Assembly (NCBI RefSeq): GCF_001447785.1
Contig: NW_015163228.1
Location: 4,070-68,069, forward strand
Source of the DNA: Gekko japonicus
Lineage: Eukaryota
Length of the DNA stretch: 64,000 nt
Reading direction: 5' to 3'
Part shown: piece by piece, positions 47,717-60,664 of the stretch
How the letters are laid out: each line of letters begins with the position of its first letter
Position numbering within the stretch: the stretch's first letter is position 1
The notes under the pieces: model-generated
Seen by the model: only the letters and a program-made list of their open reading frames with translations
What the model was told of the DNA's origin: nothing
Databases searched by the model: none
Translations under genes and position numbers: made by a program

Positions 47717-49942
47717 CTCACCCACAGACTCTCCAGCATGCTCCTTGATGCCAGCACCAAGACTTACAAAATCATATGCAAAGTTTTATCACCTTGGCAT
47801 CTTCTGCCTTAACAACTGAAAGCTCCACTGTATAGATTACTAGAGCTGGAGCTGTCCACCTCAGTTTCACAAAATAACAAAATCGGAAAAGACTAAATGC
47901 TATCTCTTCTTATGTGGGAAGAAATCCAGCTGAAATCAACAACACTGAAAACAAAAGAGAAGTAAGAAGTCCTCCAGAAAGCCAAGAGTCTACAGCAGAG
48001 CCAGGATGATACACAGTGCCCAAAAGGCAGGAATTATCAAGTGAAAATAAGAGGCATAAATCTCAGATGGTACAATGAAATATAAACCAAAACTCAATTA
48101 TAATGTTATATCCTTCCATTTGGGATTCATACATTCCAGAATTTCCCCTTGATAGTCCCTGCCTTTCAGATGTTTTGCATCACCCTGGCTCTGCTTTACA
48201 CTGATCAACACAACTACTAGAGGATAGACTATTTAAAATAGTTTTGTTTCAACGAAGAAAAAATATATATATCAAAGTGATGTCACTGGACCTCCCTCAT
48301 TTAAATTGGCCTGAATTAAGGGAGCAATCCTTAGTAGGTCAACAGGGAATTTCCATTTTACTCAGTGGGGCTTGTTCCTAGCAAAGTGTCAGGGCTGTGA
48401 GATGAGCACTAACTTCTAAAATTTATCCAACCCTCTTTTGAATGAGAGGGTGGTTCTTTATTACCTAAAACTATCCTGTTCAGAGTATCCCAGATGCATT
48501 TGTTTCTGTTGGTTAAGATAAATAAATATTTCTAATTTAAACATGCAATTATCCAGTATATTGATATTATTGTGATAACTGTCTTTTTACTTGGGTGGAT
48601 CCAAAGGTGATACCTTACCAATAGAGACAAAAAAACTTCTCATAAATAATTCCCAACTCTGACTGAAAGATCTTCTTCCACGAGCACAGAGACAAACTAG
48701 TATTTATGACTATTACTTAATGAACTGTTGATTTTTAACCAAAGCAGTTCAGCTCTTTCTCTTGCTATCAGTCCTTCAAATGTGTGCATGTACATATCTC
48801 TTTGAAAATAGAAATACCTGTACTGTATCTGTCTTAGCCTCAGGTTCTTCAATAAATATGCCACATGGTATATTTCTGATTCAAGGGCATAGACGATAAT
48901 TCATTTTATGTGTCTTTTTTTTCTTTGCCATTCCTACTGTGCATACTGTTTTCACCTTTTTATACACTTGTCATTATTTATTGATTTGATTGTGAGAAGA
49001 TCTGAGTGCTCGGGGGAACGGTACTGAGATTGTGAATTTTAAAAAATCTTTGTACATTTTCCATCCCTCCATTTCCACTGGCTTTACTCCAGCACTGTAC
49101 AGACATTAGCTTGGATCCAGCACAAAATTTCTGCTTGCGTTAGAGCTCTTGTACCTCTGTTTTCATGTCTGCTTATGTATTATCTTATACAACCTATTTC
49201 TGGACCCTATAACATAGCAAGGAAAGCTTTTGGTTTTGATGAACAAGAATTTGCACAAGCAAACTATGCTAAGTTGGTTTACATTTCCACTTGTGCACTT
49301 GGATCCAAGCCACTGTTTATGGTAGCAAGTTTTTATATACTTACAATTTTCCTTTTCCTGGTGAGTTTCCATTCAAAGGCTGAATATACAGTTCTGTAAC
49401 TGCTTGCTTTGAATCACTGAAATGGATGTCATCTTACTCCCCTCAGGTTGTGTGTACCATGGCTTTCTCAGACATACAGATGCATCCTCCTAGGTCATGT
49501 CCATAGCAAAATACCTTCAGCAATGGCTATACAATAAGGATGTTTATTTTAAGATACATGATCCAGGATAAATCTTGCAAAATATGTGATAGATTCTTCA
49601 TCTCTTATGTATTATAGTAATTAGTATATTCATTTATCTTAGAAAAACCATTCCAATTAAGGAGAAAAGAGAATTTGTTGAAATGAATCATGCTCTATTG
49701 GGAGGTCCCACTTGAGACCATGAATCACAGATGTATTTTCATCTCTCCTAAAACAAACAAATACAATTAATGTTGCTGTTTTCAGAGGTGCTATGGTGAA
49801 ATAGATAGGGTGGTGGCCTTGTGACCTGGATTTGGACCTCACCTCTGCCCAGGGCTCATCCAGTGTCCTTGAGCAATATTCTATCCCTTGACCTCAGTTC
49901 TACATTTCAAATATGGAAGCAGGGCTATTTTGGGGCAGGAAT

Positions 49943-50052
49943 NNNNNNNNNNNNNNNNNNNNNNNNNNNNNNNNNNNNNNNNNNNNNNNNNNNNNNNNNN
50001 NNNNNNNNNNNNNNNNNNNNNNNNNNNNNNNNNNNNNNNNNNNNNNNNNNNN
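49943..50052. other. Assembly gap (110 N)
   Basis: Run of N. Confidence 0.99.
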
Positions 50053-50209
50053 CCTAGAAGGATTGGGGAGGCATTTAAATGCCTCCCCGTGCCTTCCCCG
50101 GCAAGCCAAGGGCAAGCCAAGGGAAGGCATGAGGCGTGACCTAATATGCTAATGAGCTGCACTGTCAAGGGTGTGGTCTAATATGCTAATGAGTTTATGC
50201 TGTTGGGTG

Positions 50210-50417
50210 CAGTGTTCCCTCTAAGCTGAGCTGGTCTGAGCTAGCTCACAGTTTTTTTAGCCTCCGGCTCACACATTTTTTGTCTCAGCTCAGGAAGGAC
50301 GGCTCCAGAGCAAACTAATTTATGCGGTAGCCGAATCGCTCGCTCACAACTTTAAGGTCGGTAGAACACCAAGGAGAATTTTTGCTCACAAGACTCCACA
50401 GCTTAGAGGGAACATTG
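50210..50417. mobile_element. hAT MITE, TSD GTTGGGTG, nested in a CAGGGCT-family element (about 50053-50478)
   Basis: TIR CAGTGTTCCCTCTAAGCTG / CAGCTTAGAGGGAACATTG with a perfect 8-bp TSD. Host element ends TTTCTACAAAAAAAGCCCTG. Confidence 0.88.
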
Positions 50418-52360
50418 GTTGGGTGTCGCCTATTATGCTATTGAGTTCTTGCTGGGCTTTTTCTACAAAAAAAGCCCTGTATGGAAGGAACAATGAGCCT
50501 TGTCATTAATGGGGACATAGCACAGAAATGCCTTAGAAGTTAGTTTGTACAATGATCAAGCTTAAAAGGTTGACATTATTAGGAGTCAGATAGGGTAACA
50601 CAACTGTTATGGAAAGGCTAACAATATACTTGAGTGCCATCTGGTGGAAAAAGGTACAGTTTCTCCAAGAATTGTGAAATGAAATGTTTTGGAATTTAAA
50701 GTATTAGGACTGGAGTTATTCCCAACATCAAAGTTTAGATATTTAAGTTAGAAAAATCCATAAATCATTATTTTGGAAATAATCTACTTGATGGGAAAGA
50801 GGCTTCTTTTTCTTGGCATTTCCCTGCAGCGTTTAAGATCGGTTCTTTCCCCTACTTGGGATTGCTAATTCTGGCTTGGGAAATTTTGGGAGATCTTGTG
50901 TGATGCCTGACTAGGAGTCTGGGAAGGAGGAAGCTTTGATACCATAGACTCTGTCCTCTGAATCTGCCATTTCCTCCAGGGAAGTGATCTATGAAATCTG
51001 GACATCAGTTATAAATCTGTTTCTGCACCATCCTTAGCCTCTGCTATGGGGAAAATTTTAGCCCCTATGAGAGGGGAAATCTGCATTTGGACTAGGCCCT
51101 GGTGAGTCCAAATGCAGATTTTCCCCACTCATAACAACATCCCTCCTGAAATAAAGACATGAAACACAGGTATTTGTGAGTTAAACTACAGTTTTATTCA
51201 TTAGCTGGCTGATTAGCATAATAAACTACCCATCTTCTTTTAAGAACAGGCTGGATGTCGATTGCCAACAGGCTATCTGCATTTGGGCATCTTTACTTTG
51301 GCTCCAGATTTAGTCAGGGTTTCAGTTGGCTTTGGTTATCATAGCTTGCACATTTCCAGTGCCAAGAGGTGCCATACTTCACCCCCTTCTCTGAACATTC
51401 CATTCAAGCAGGTAAGGGTTTGGTCAATGCCTCTCAGCCACCATCCATCCCATTTCATTGACATCAGCTCCCCAGTAAACTAGGGAAATTACTTGGCTCT
51501 GTCCAGGGGGAAAGGACACTTAGGGGCAATTGTGTCAACAGCCCAGGCCATCTCTCTGTTCTAGAGAGTGGTCAGGGCCTGGACAGAATCATCCACAACT
51601 GAAGTGGTAAAATTCCCGAATGCCCATCAGGAACCTGGGACAGACCATCTTTATTTATTTATTTTATTTTATTTTTCCAACTTATACCCTGCCCTCCCTG
51701 CCAAACAGCACCCCTGTGGAGGGGTTCAGCACCCCTGTGGAGGGAAGAGGAAACAATGAGTCTGAACTCTATCAAGTAATGATCTGTCTATGACAAGGGA
51801 GTAAACTTTAACTCCCCCACCTCCAGAGCCCCTTCCTCATCAATATAATAGTGTGAGATTTGCTGAAGACTAGGATTCTCACCTCCCTGCAAACTTACAA
51901 GCCCTTTAGCCCTCCTAATAACTCTAACTCTATAAACAAAGAATACAGATCTTCACCTTTGTGTCCCCACTGAAGTGGCTCCCCCAGTGTGGTGACCACT
52001 TTTGGTGTTGCCCCTGGTGACCACTTTAGTGGTGGTCCCACACGCACAAGAGTTCAGGTTTTATCCCAGAAGCCCTGGGAAAGACGATGATGCAATCCTG
52101 TCTTCTGCTTGATGTATTTCTTGACCATTTATGAAGAATCTTGAATTTTTTTTAAAAAATAATCTTTTTTTCCCCTTTCCTAAGTATTCTAGCTAAAATA
52201 TTCCAGAAGGTTATTTTGCCTAATTCATAATGTGCTTCCTTTATTTTCAGGGTATTCACTGTTAATATTTCTGAATGTGCTCTGATTCCTTCCTGACTTT
52301 CTAAGACCTATTTATCTTGAAAATCTTCATATAAATATTATAAATCAGTAATTCATCTCA

Positions 52361-52622
52361 AGCCTTGTTCATGTGTTACAATGAATGCTTGTACATCCTG
52401 CCTGTATGTGTACAGATTTGTTTTTAGGGAAGAGCCAACATGTGTTCATTTTACAAGTGAAACTGGGAACCAATACCTGAATAAGTGCTGGGTTTGTATC
52501 ACATGTTTAACTGTACATATGCTGACTGTAACATGAGAGTTACTCAATGCACATACATAGAACAATGGAATGTACACTGGACATGGATTGCACATGCATC
52601 ACTGTAACTTGTGAACAGGGCT
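52361..52622. mobile_element. Degenerate palindromic Harbinger-like MITE, TSD TCA
   Basis: AGCCTTGTTCA..TGTTACA / TGTAAC.TGTGAACAGGGCT, with TCA on both sides. Confidence 0.7.
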
Positions 52623-52971
52623 TCAGTAACTGATGTGCTTAACAATCATGATAGATTGTAAAGAATATCAGTTCAGCAACATCATAATGATCCAGCAGTT
52701 CCTTTCCTTCCCTTTCCATCCTCATTTGAATGTTCAATAATATTTTCAGCCAAGGAGATAGAGGGTAGGGTGGACAGAGTAGGATGCTAGCCACTGTGGT
52801 TGCTTGGGTCAATTCAGCATTGTACCTGCAGCTCATAAACCAATGATAAATGATAAATTAAATGATTAAATGATAAATGACAGGTCTTCATCATGAATGG
52901 ATTATTGTAATGTTTTGTAATTTAAGGCAATCCCCTGCTTGCCTCTAGAAATAAATGGTGTGGTTTCACAG

Positions 52972-53907
52972 CTAACAATGTTGTTTCTTCCCAAGAAAAT
53001 TTAGAAGCGCTGCCTGCATTTCTTTGTTTTTGAGGCTGTAGATTAGAGGGTTCAACAAAGGAGTTATGATGGTGTACAACACAGAGATCACTCGATCATC
53101 TTCCATGGAGTGACTGGAAGAAGGTCTCATGTAAGTGAAGAGGGCTGTGCTGTAGAAGATACTCACCACAGTAAGGTGGGAGGCACAAGTGGAGAATGTC
53201 TTGATCCTGCCCTGAGCCGTACTGATTTTGAGCACAGATAAGACAATCAGGACATAGGAGAGGACAATTAAGGAAACAGTTACTGTCATGATACTTCCAG
53301 AGATCATAAAAGTCACCAGTTCAGCAAGGGAAGTATCAGAGCAGGACAGATGCAAGACAGGTGGGATGTCACAGAAGAAGTGCACTATCTTATTGGGACC
53401 ACAGAAGTCCAAGGAGAAAACAAAGGCAGTATTGGCAGTGGCATTAAGACCTCCAATGGCCCATGACACTGCGAGGAGCCATCTGAGCACAGGCTGGCTC
53501 ATGAGCAAGGTGTAGTGCAATGGGTGGCAGATGGCAGCATAACGGTCATATGCCATGACTAAGAGTAGAATACCTTCCGTAGCTGCTGTGGTTAGAAAGC
53601 AGTACATTTGGAGTGCGCAGCCAGCGAAAGAGATGGTCTTGTTCCCTGACACAAGATCCCATAACATCTTTGGCATGGTGGAGCTGATGTAGCAGATCTC
53701 AGTAAAGGAGAGATTGCTCAGCAAGAAGTACATTGGAGTCTGGAGGTGCTGGTCAGTCTGTATCAAAATAATAATGGTCAGGTTCCCTGCTAATGTGAAC
53801 ATGTATATCAACAGCCCTGTAGCAAAAAGGACAGATTGGATGTTAGGATCATCCGACAGTCCCAAGAGAATGAACTCTGTCAGAATTGTCTGGTTCTTTC
53901 TTTCCAT
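52972..53907 (-). CDS. Olfactory receptor, class II, intact single-exon CDS, 311 aa
   Basis: NQT glycosylation site, EFILLG, LQTPMYFLL, MAYDRYAAICHPLHY, HFFCDIPP, KTFSTCASHLTVV, PLLNPLIYSL. Splice acceptor about 20 nt upstream of the ATG (53928). Confidence 0.95.
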   Translation of the reverse strand: MERKNQTILTEFILLGLSDDPNIQSVLFATGLLIYMFTLAGNLTIIILIQTDQHLQTPMYFLLSNLSFTEICYISSTMPKMLWDLVSGNKTISFAGCALQMYCFLTTAATEGILLLVMAYDRYAAICHPLHYTLLMSQPVLRWLLAVSWAIGGLNATANTAFVFSLDFCGPNKIVHFFCDIPPVLHLSCSDTSLAELVTFMISGSIMTVTVSLIVLSYVLIVLSVLKISTAQGRIKTFSTCASHLTVVSIFYSTALFTYMRPSSSHSMEDDRVISVLYTIITPLLNPLIYSLKNKEMQAALLNFLGKKQHC

Positions 53908-54554
53908 TTCCCCAGTGAATTATATATCTGCAAAGCAGTGTCCAGGACAACTGCAGAGGGATTGCATCAGGGCAGGAAGACCTGTACAATCAGAAGAAGG
54001 TAATGTTAATTACAGATAATTAATTACTACTGCATATTATCTAAGGCTCGAAAGTCTTCTACAACTACTAAAAGGATACTGAGTTATTTATTCCTCAAAA
54101 GAATCTGCATTGTGAAAAGTGAGAGTCACTAATGCAAAGGAACACGCTCTGATGGATATCTGGCAGGCAACCTTAACTGGAGGGATTCTACCTCTTTCTG
54201 TACATGACTGATCATCCATAGATGGATTTGGGGTCAGATCAGGGCTGCCAAGAGCAACCATGGTGCCCTGGACAAAGATTCCAGCTGCACACACACCCCC
54301 GCCACCATGTGACCCTGTTCCAAACCAAATATCATAGGGTTACTGTTATCATACACAAATAGAATACGTAAGAAACTTTAAAGGAAAGGAACAGGATTAT
54401 TGAAGAACAGATTTTACTGAAATTATTTATGCACTGCATGTTTCAATAAGATACGGTGCAAGACACACACATACACTTTCAAACAACCACCACCTACCAC
54501 AGGTCAACATTAAAGGAGAAGAGAACAGCCACCCAGGCTTCCTGGTGATGGAAA

Positions 54555-54750
54555 ATACTATCAAGTCACAGCCGACTCAGTGAGACCCCATAGGGTTTTC
54601 AAGGAAAGAGACTAACCAAGGTGGTTAGCCCTCTCCTGCCTCTGTGGAGCAGCCCTGGACTTCCTTGGTGATGTCCCTTCCAAATATTAACCAGGGCTTA
54701 GCTTCCAAGGTCTGACAGGATCAGGCTATCTTGGGCTATCCAGGTCAGGC
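54555..54750 (-). mobile_element. 5S rRNA-derived SINE with RTE/BovB-type tail
   Basis: Minus strand GCCTGATCCTGTCAGACCTTGGAAGCTAAG..CCTGGTTAATATTTGGA (5S-like), then GAAAACCCTATGGGGTC..GTGACTTGA. Confidence 0.75.
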
Positions 54751-55004
54751 TTCTGACCACACCGCTTTTTGAGACTTAGGTGAGTTTCAGAAATAGTTTA
54801 TTTCTGTGAAAGGCAGAGCTCCACAGTGCACCACAAAGTCAACAATACTATATGGTTTCTCAAGTCCTTATGCATGTGTGAGGTAACTGTTCGGATCACA
54901 ACCAAAATTTCTTTGGGGCCATGACTATAAATGATGGCAGCAGACCTGTCTCTTTAAATGCAGGTCTGCCCTAATCATCTTTGTGCAAGGAGGTCCCCTT
55001 AACT

Positions 55005-55400
55005 CACCATGGCTACTAGCAGCTATCTTCCATAAATCTGTTTAACCCTCTTTAAAGCCATCTATACTTGTGCCCATCAGTACATTCATTGGCAGTGAAT
55101 TCCACAATTCAATTACTCATTAAATAAAGAAGTGCTCCTTTTTGTCTCTCCTGAATTTATGGCCCAACAATTTCTTTGGGTGCCCCTGAATTCTAGTATT
55201 ATGGGACAATGGGGGAAAGCTCTATCTGGTTTCCACACCTCATGCATAATTTTATAAACTTCCATCAAATCCTCCCTTAGCCATCTTTTTTCTAGACCAA
55301 AAAGTGTGAAATCATTTAGCCTGTCCTCATAGGAAAGGTACTCCAAACCCTTAATCACCCTGGTTGCTCTCTTCTGTACTTTTTCAGTTCTGCGATATTT
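55005..55400 (-). mobile_element. CR1 LINE fragment
   Basis: EKVQKRATRVIKGLEYLSYEDRL...LEKRWLREDLMEVYKIMH. Confidence 0.82.
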
Positions 55401-55879
55401 TCTTACCTTCTCTGCAACTGCTCCCTTCTTCACCGAAGGGGTAGGAGCCCTGGTGAGAAAAAAAGTATATGTAGCTCCCTTTGTCGGTAGTGTAGTGCAT
55501 ATGTAGCCAGTATTTTTTAAGTTTGGTAATCAAGGACCGTCTGCACAATGTATAGATGCATATGATTGATTCATTTCTCCTTGTTACTTATTTATCCACT
55601 TTTGTTTCTTCCTGTAACCTAACATATGCCAATAAAGGTCTGTGTATGTGTATGTATGTGAGAAAAAAAGTAACATTGAGGGACATCTTGCAAGGAGTAG
55701 GGAGACGTTCCTCACATCCTTTAAAGAACATTCTTTTGTTTTGAAAACTGATCCCTCCACAGTGAACCTACATTTATAGAATGGGTCTGCCACTATCCTT
55801 GTGACCTAGCACTCACACTGGGAAATATCACAAGCACATTTCCCCCTAGTTTTTTGCAGGACAAAAAGATCTTGTTCAT

Positions 55880-56096
55880 CTCACCAACATTTTCAAGCAG
55901 CAATTCTGAAGTAAAAAATAAATAAAATCAAAGTTCCTTTCATTAGCTGTGCCTTTTTATCTATTATTTCTTCTCCTTATTTCTCTGGGGGAATAGTTAG
56001 AATGTGTTCATTTGAGAATTATTACAAATGCATTCAAATTATCAGCATCGTCTCAGGTGGGAGAAGCAAGAAAGGATGAGGGAATCCATGTAATGA
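55880..56096 (-). promoter_or_regulatory. Candidate OR promoter / first non-coding exon
   Basis: TAATGA sites (55940, 56091), O/E-like TCTCTGGGGGA (55982), TATA-like GATAAAAAG and a GTGAG donor at 55884, about 2 kb upstream of the intact OR. Confidence 0.35.
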
Positions 56097-56556
56097 GAGC
56101 AAATCAATATGAGAAATTGGTTGTGTCTTCTTATTATTGTGCCATGAACACCTTTAACTTAAAACATATCAAGATTATGGAAGGTTAAATACACATGTGT
56201 GACCATGTGGAGGTTTTCGTGTCATGTTTAAAGTCCTGTCATTTATCTAATATCACATTACAAGAACATGATAGCCATCTCTTAGAGAACATAGAAATTA
56301 ATATTTTTACCTTATGAAGTTAACTACTGTGACTACTCATCATAAAATGACCTTGTGGATGCCCTAACACATAGGAGTGATGTTTCAACATATGCTGGCA
56401 TTTTCATAGGAACCTTTTGGTCAATCCATAACCTGGAGTTGGATTGAACCAGGTTTTCTGGTACTGAAAAAGGGACGAGTGGTTCCTCAGACCATGAAAA
56501 TGACTATGCTGAAAAAGATGGGGCCTGCCAGGACAAAGGCCATATCACACAGAGGC

Positions 56557-57250
56557 TGTATTATGCTTCTCTGCTTCATAAGAAGCTACTTTTTTGGATG
56601 GAAGATGGAGCCATATTGGGTTGTATTATGCTTCTCTGCTTCATAAGAAGCTACTTTTTTGGATGGAAGATGGAGTCATATTGAGTCGAGAGCAAGCTGG
56701 AGTCTGTATAGGTGCCAGTGCAGTTCACCAATGCCACACTCTCCAATTTATTGTAGATATGTACACCAGCTCAAGAGATGGGAAGTTAGTTGTTGCCTTC
56801 ATGGATCTCAGAGCAGCCTTTGACTCAGTGCCTAGACAAAGATTATGGGATAAACTGAACAAATCTTCTATGGAAGAGCACTTCCTCTTCCTGATTCAAC
56901 AATTATACACTCAGTCTACTGCTCAGGTAAGATATGGTCCTGCTGGTGAGCTGACCAAGGATATTCTATTCAACAGAGGAGTTAAGCAAGGATGCATCCT
57001 TGCTCCACTGTTATTCAATTTATACCTTAATAATTTAACTTATATGGAAATGTTAAATTACCCAATCTCTTATATGCAGATGATACCTGCCTTCTGTCAA
57101 GATCTGTATTTTGTCTATGTAAACTCATAGGTTTCTTCTCGGAATATTGTTCCAGAGAGGGCTTAGTTATTAATGTTGCTAAGTCTAAGGTTCTTCTTCT
57201 TAGTAATAAAGGAAGATGAAGTATAAGTGGTTGGTAGCAGGTCAACCTAT
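56557..57250 (+). mobile_element. Non-LTR RT fragment (starts with a 65-bp tandem duplication, 56557-56683)
   Basis: EQAG, AFMDLRAAFDSV, RGVKQGCILAPLLFNLY, YADD. Confidence 0.8.
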
Positions 57251-57254
57251 GAAG

Positions 57255-58010
57255 CAAGTAGAGCATTATAAATATTATCGAGCATCCTAGGGAAATTATA
57301 TGCAAGCCATCTTCTTGAGAGACTCAGAGGCTGGTTGGATTGTGAAAAGATCCTTGTAGATGAACAGGCTGGGTTTAGGGAAGGGCATTCCACTATGGGG
57401 CACATTATGATCTTAACACACATAATAGACAAATACACATATAACAGCAGTGTATTGTTGTATGCAGCTTTTGTAGATCTAAAATCTGCATTTGATTCTA
57501 TTCCTAGGGTGAGGCTCTGGGATAAGCTGAGAAGTACAACAATTGACAGGAGACTCCTATTCCTGATATAAACCCTATACACTGATACAGCCATCAGGGT
57601 TAGATGTAATAAACAGGGGCATTTAACAAATGCTATCCCTGCTGAGAAAGGACTTAAACAGGGTTCTGCCCTGGCTCCATTTTTCACCACTTATATAAAT
57701 GATCTGATCAGCAATATCAAAACTGTTGATACTCGTCCCCCTACCTTAAGAAATCATCACATAGTAGCCCTACTCTACGCTGATGATATGGTTTTAATAT
57801 CTAGGACAATTGTTGGCCTCAAAAGGGCACTAAAACAGCTCGGTCTTTACTGTGACCTAAACCTGCTGGAGATTAACTACCAAAAGACCAAGGTTATGTC
57901 CTTTGGCAAGAGAGCTAAAACAGGAACATGGACTATAAAGGGTCATAGATTGGACCAAGTATCAAGCTATAAATATATTGGGGGCGTGTTATTCTACTCT
58001 TCTTTTAGCT
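57255..58010 (+). mobile_element. Second non-LTR RT fragment of a similar family
   Basis: EQAGFREG, AFVDLKSAFDSI, GLKQG, LLYADDMVL, INYQKTKVM, YKY.G. Confidence 0.85.
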
Positions 58011-59558
58011 GATATTTGTAATGAAAATACTGCTAAGGTAGCAATATTTTGTGCTATGGCTATCCTAACCAGACAGAAGACTATTACTGAGGAAAATGTT
58101 TGGTTGGATCCAACTATACTCAGAAATCAGTTTCGCCATGCAGAATCCAATGAAGACTCACTTTCATGACATCAATTGTATGAGCATGATCCAGGGACTG
58201 TGCATAAACAATCTTATCCTGTTTAGTCATTCATAGGTCTTTCTTTAAAAGAAACTGGTTATCTGCAAGATTTCATGCAAGAAAACATACAGCTATTCAC
58301 CTTCTATGCACCTTTACGCAAAACAGAATTCAAGTCCAGTAGCACCTTAGAGACCAACAATTTTTTCCAGGCTATAAACTTCCATAAATCTCCTACTACA
58401 GACTAAAATGGCTGCCCATTTGAGAACATCTCTAAACAGTTCCTGATACCTGTGATTCTTAGTTTAAATTTATAGGCTTAGCTAGATGACTGATAGTGCT
58501 GTGAGTTAGGGCAACATGGATTTTGGCACTTTTCATGAAGCACAATATTTGCATATGTGAGAATGGTGATAGTGCTGTCATGGAAGCCCTCTGCCTTTCA
58601 CTTCTGCAATAACCGTCAGTGCAGATAAGATCTGTTTTTATACATCATAGAGAAACTCATAGCAAGATGCTCATTCTGCTCAAAGAAACCAACACTTGGG
58701 TTGGTTGCAATGTTGCATCTTATTCCTGGAATCGGAAGCAAGGACCTGTATTCTGATTAATGTATTTTCTCTCACTTGGAAGCAAAGCACCTGCTACATT
58801 AAAGGCATGAGTGATGTCCCCCTACAAACCCAGGAGCAGACTACTGTTAAAGCTCGTGGGAAAGCACTGTTGTATAGTGGTTGGACTGGGACTGCAGAGA
58901 CCTAACTTCATTTCCCAGTCTGCCATAAAACACATTGGGTGATCTGGGAGCAATCATGTATCTCTCAGCCTTACCTGTTTTACAGGTTTGATAAGAGGGG
59001 GAAAGGTAGGAACAACCAATTATGTGCATCACTCTAAGTACGGTCTGGCTAGAGGAAATCATATGTCTTGGGAGGAATATTACTAAGGGCATAAGGACTG
59101 TAGTTGTTGAATGTGAAAATTGACTCCCTCAAAATTCGTCTTCTGTCTCATGATATGAAAGTTCCATTTGTGATGTGAAAAATCTCATTCATACATGCAA
59201 TCACCTTTTGCTGCTATAGTTCAGAATAATGAGAATATGCATACCAGAGACACTCAGTCATTTCCTTTACATTTGGGTTAATCTTCATTCATTTTAATCT
59301 ATCCCATATAAGAATTAGGGAGGGAGACCTTTATTGGCAGGACCCAGTCTTATCAGATTGGAAACTCCTAGAAGCTAAAGTGTTACCCAAAGGGCTGTCT
59401 CCAATAAGTATTACCCAAAGGGTTGTCTCCAGTAGTAATTGGGGAAACTAGTGTAATGAAGACAGAGAGGGGGCAACTAGGGGATCTCCACCAGCATTTA
59501 TGGGGATGTTCCCCTGAGAACTGTCAAATAAATCAGAATGAATTACAAAGAAAGGTGT

Positions 59559-60097
59559 TTTTTATTAAAAGAGGCTTAAAGAAAGAGCATACATAGAAAA
59601 CACATGGAAAATACACACACAACTTAACTAAGAGGAAAATCAAAAGGAATTAGTGGGGACAAGATTTGGGAAGGGCAATATTTACCAGCTTCCAGAGATC
59701 AAGTAAGGAAAGAAGCCAGGATTTCTCGGGGTGATGAAATGAACCCATAGAGAGTGAGGGAAGTAGCCAGCATTTCTCAAAGCGACGAAATGAACCCATG
59801 GAGAACAGGGGCTCTTGAACTGCTAGGTTGGCAGAAGCTGGAAATTTTTATTAAAAGAGGCTTAAAGAAAGAGCATACATAGAAAACACATGGAAAATAC
59901 ACACACAACTTAACTAAGAGGAAAATCAAAAGGAATTAGTGGGGACAAGATTTGGGAAGGGCAATATTTACCAGCTTCCAGAGATCAAGTAAGGAAAGAA
60001 GCCAGGATTTCTCGGGGTGATGAAATGAACCCATAGAGAGTGAGGGAAGTAGCCAGCATTTCTCAAAGCGACGAAATGAACCCATGGAGAACAGGGG
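59559..60097. repeat. 253-bp direct duplication with a 33-bp inverted Sauria-SINE-derived spacer
   Basis: Copies at 59559-59811 and 59845-60097 appear identical. Confidence 0.9.
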
Positions 60098-60394
60098 TGC
60101 AATGTTAGCACTGAGAATATTCACACACTACACAGGGCAGATTGTTTCCAGTTATAGGAAAAATTGACCCTCAGGCAGTCTGATGTATCTGTCCCTAATA
60201 CAATGATTGTATTTCCCAAGGCAGACAAAGACTCAGAGGAACTTGTGACAGTTTGCATGAATGTGGCTAATGGAGCTATCCTGGACGACTTATTGCTCCC
60301 CTCAGGTAACAACTCACAGCTGCGGGATTGAGTTTACAATAAAGATACTCTAAATGACAAATCCTTACTCAGCCAACAGAAATTTGCCCCACGC

Positions 60395-60664
60395 CGAGTG
60401 CCGCATGACGAAGTGAGCTCCTGTCTCTGGTTCCAGCTCCTGCCAACCTAGCAGTTAGAGAGCAAAAAATTGCAAGTAGATAAATAGGTAATGCTTCGGT
60501 GGAAAGGTAACAGCATTCCATGCACCTTGGCATCTAGTCATGCTGGCCACATGACCACAGAAATGTCTTCGGACAGCGCTGGCACTTTGGCTTGGAAACG
60601 GAGATGAGCACCGCAACCCTAGAGTTGGATTCGACTGGCTTTCGAGCAAGGGAAACCTTTACCT
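60395..60664 (+). mobile_element. Sauria SINE (5'-truncated)
   Basis: Core and ACCTTTACCT tail as at 40903. Confidence 0.85.

Noticed and set aside
54555-54750. 5S rRNA gene, and tRNA genes at SINE heads
   Set aside because: Diverged, with deletions, and fused to LINE-derived tails, so these are SINEs rather than functional RNA genes.
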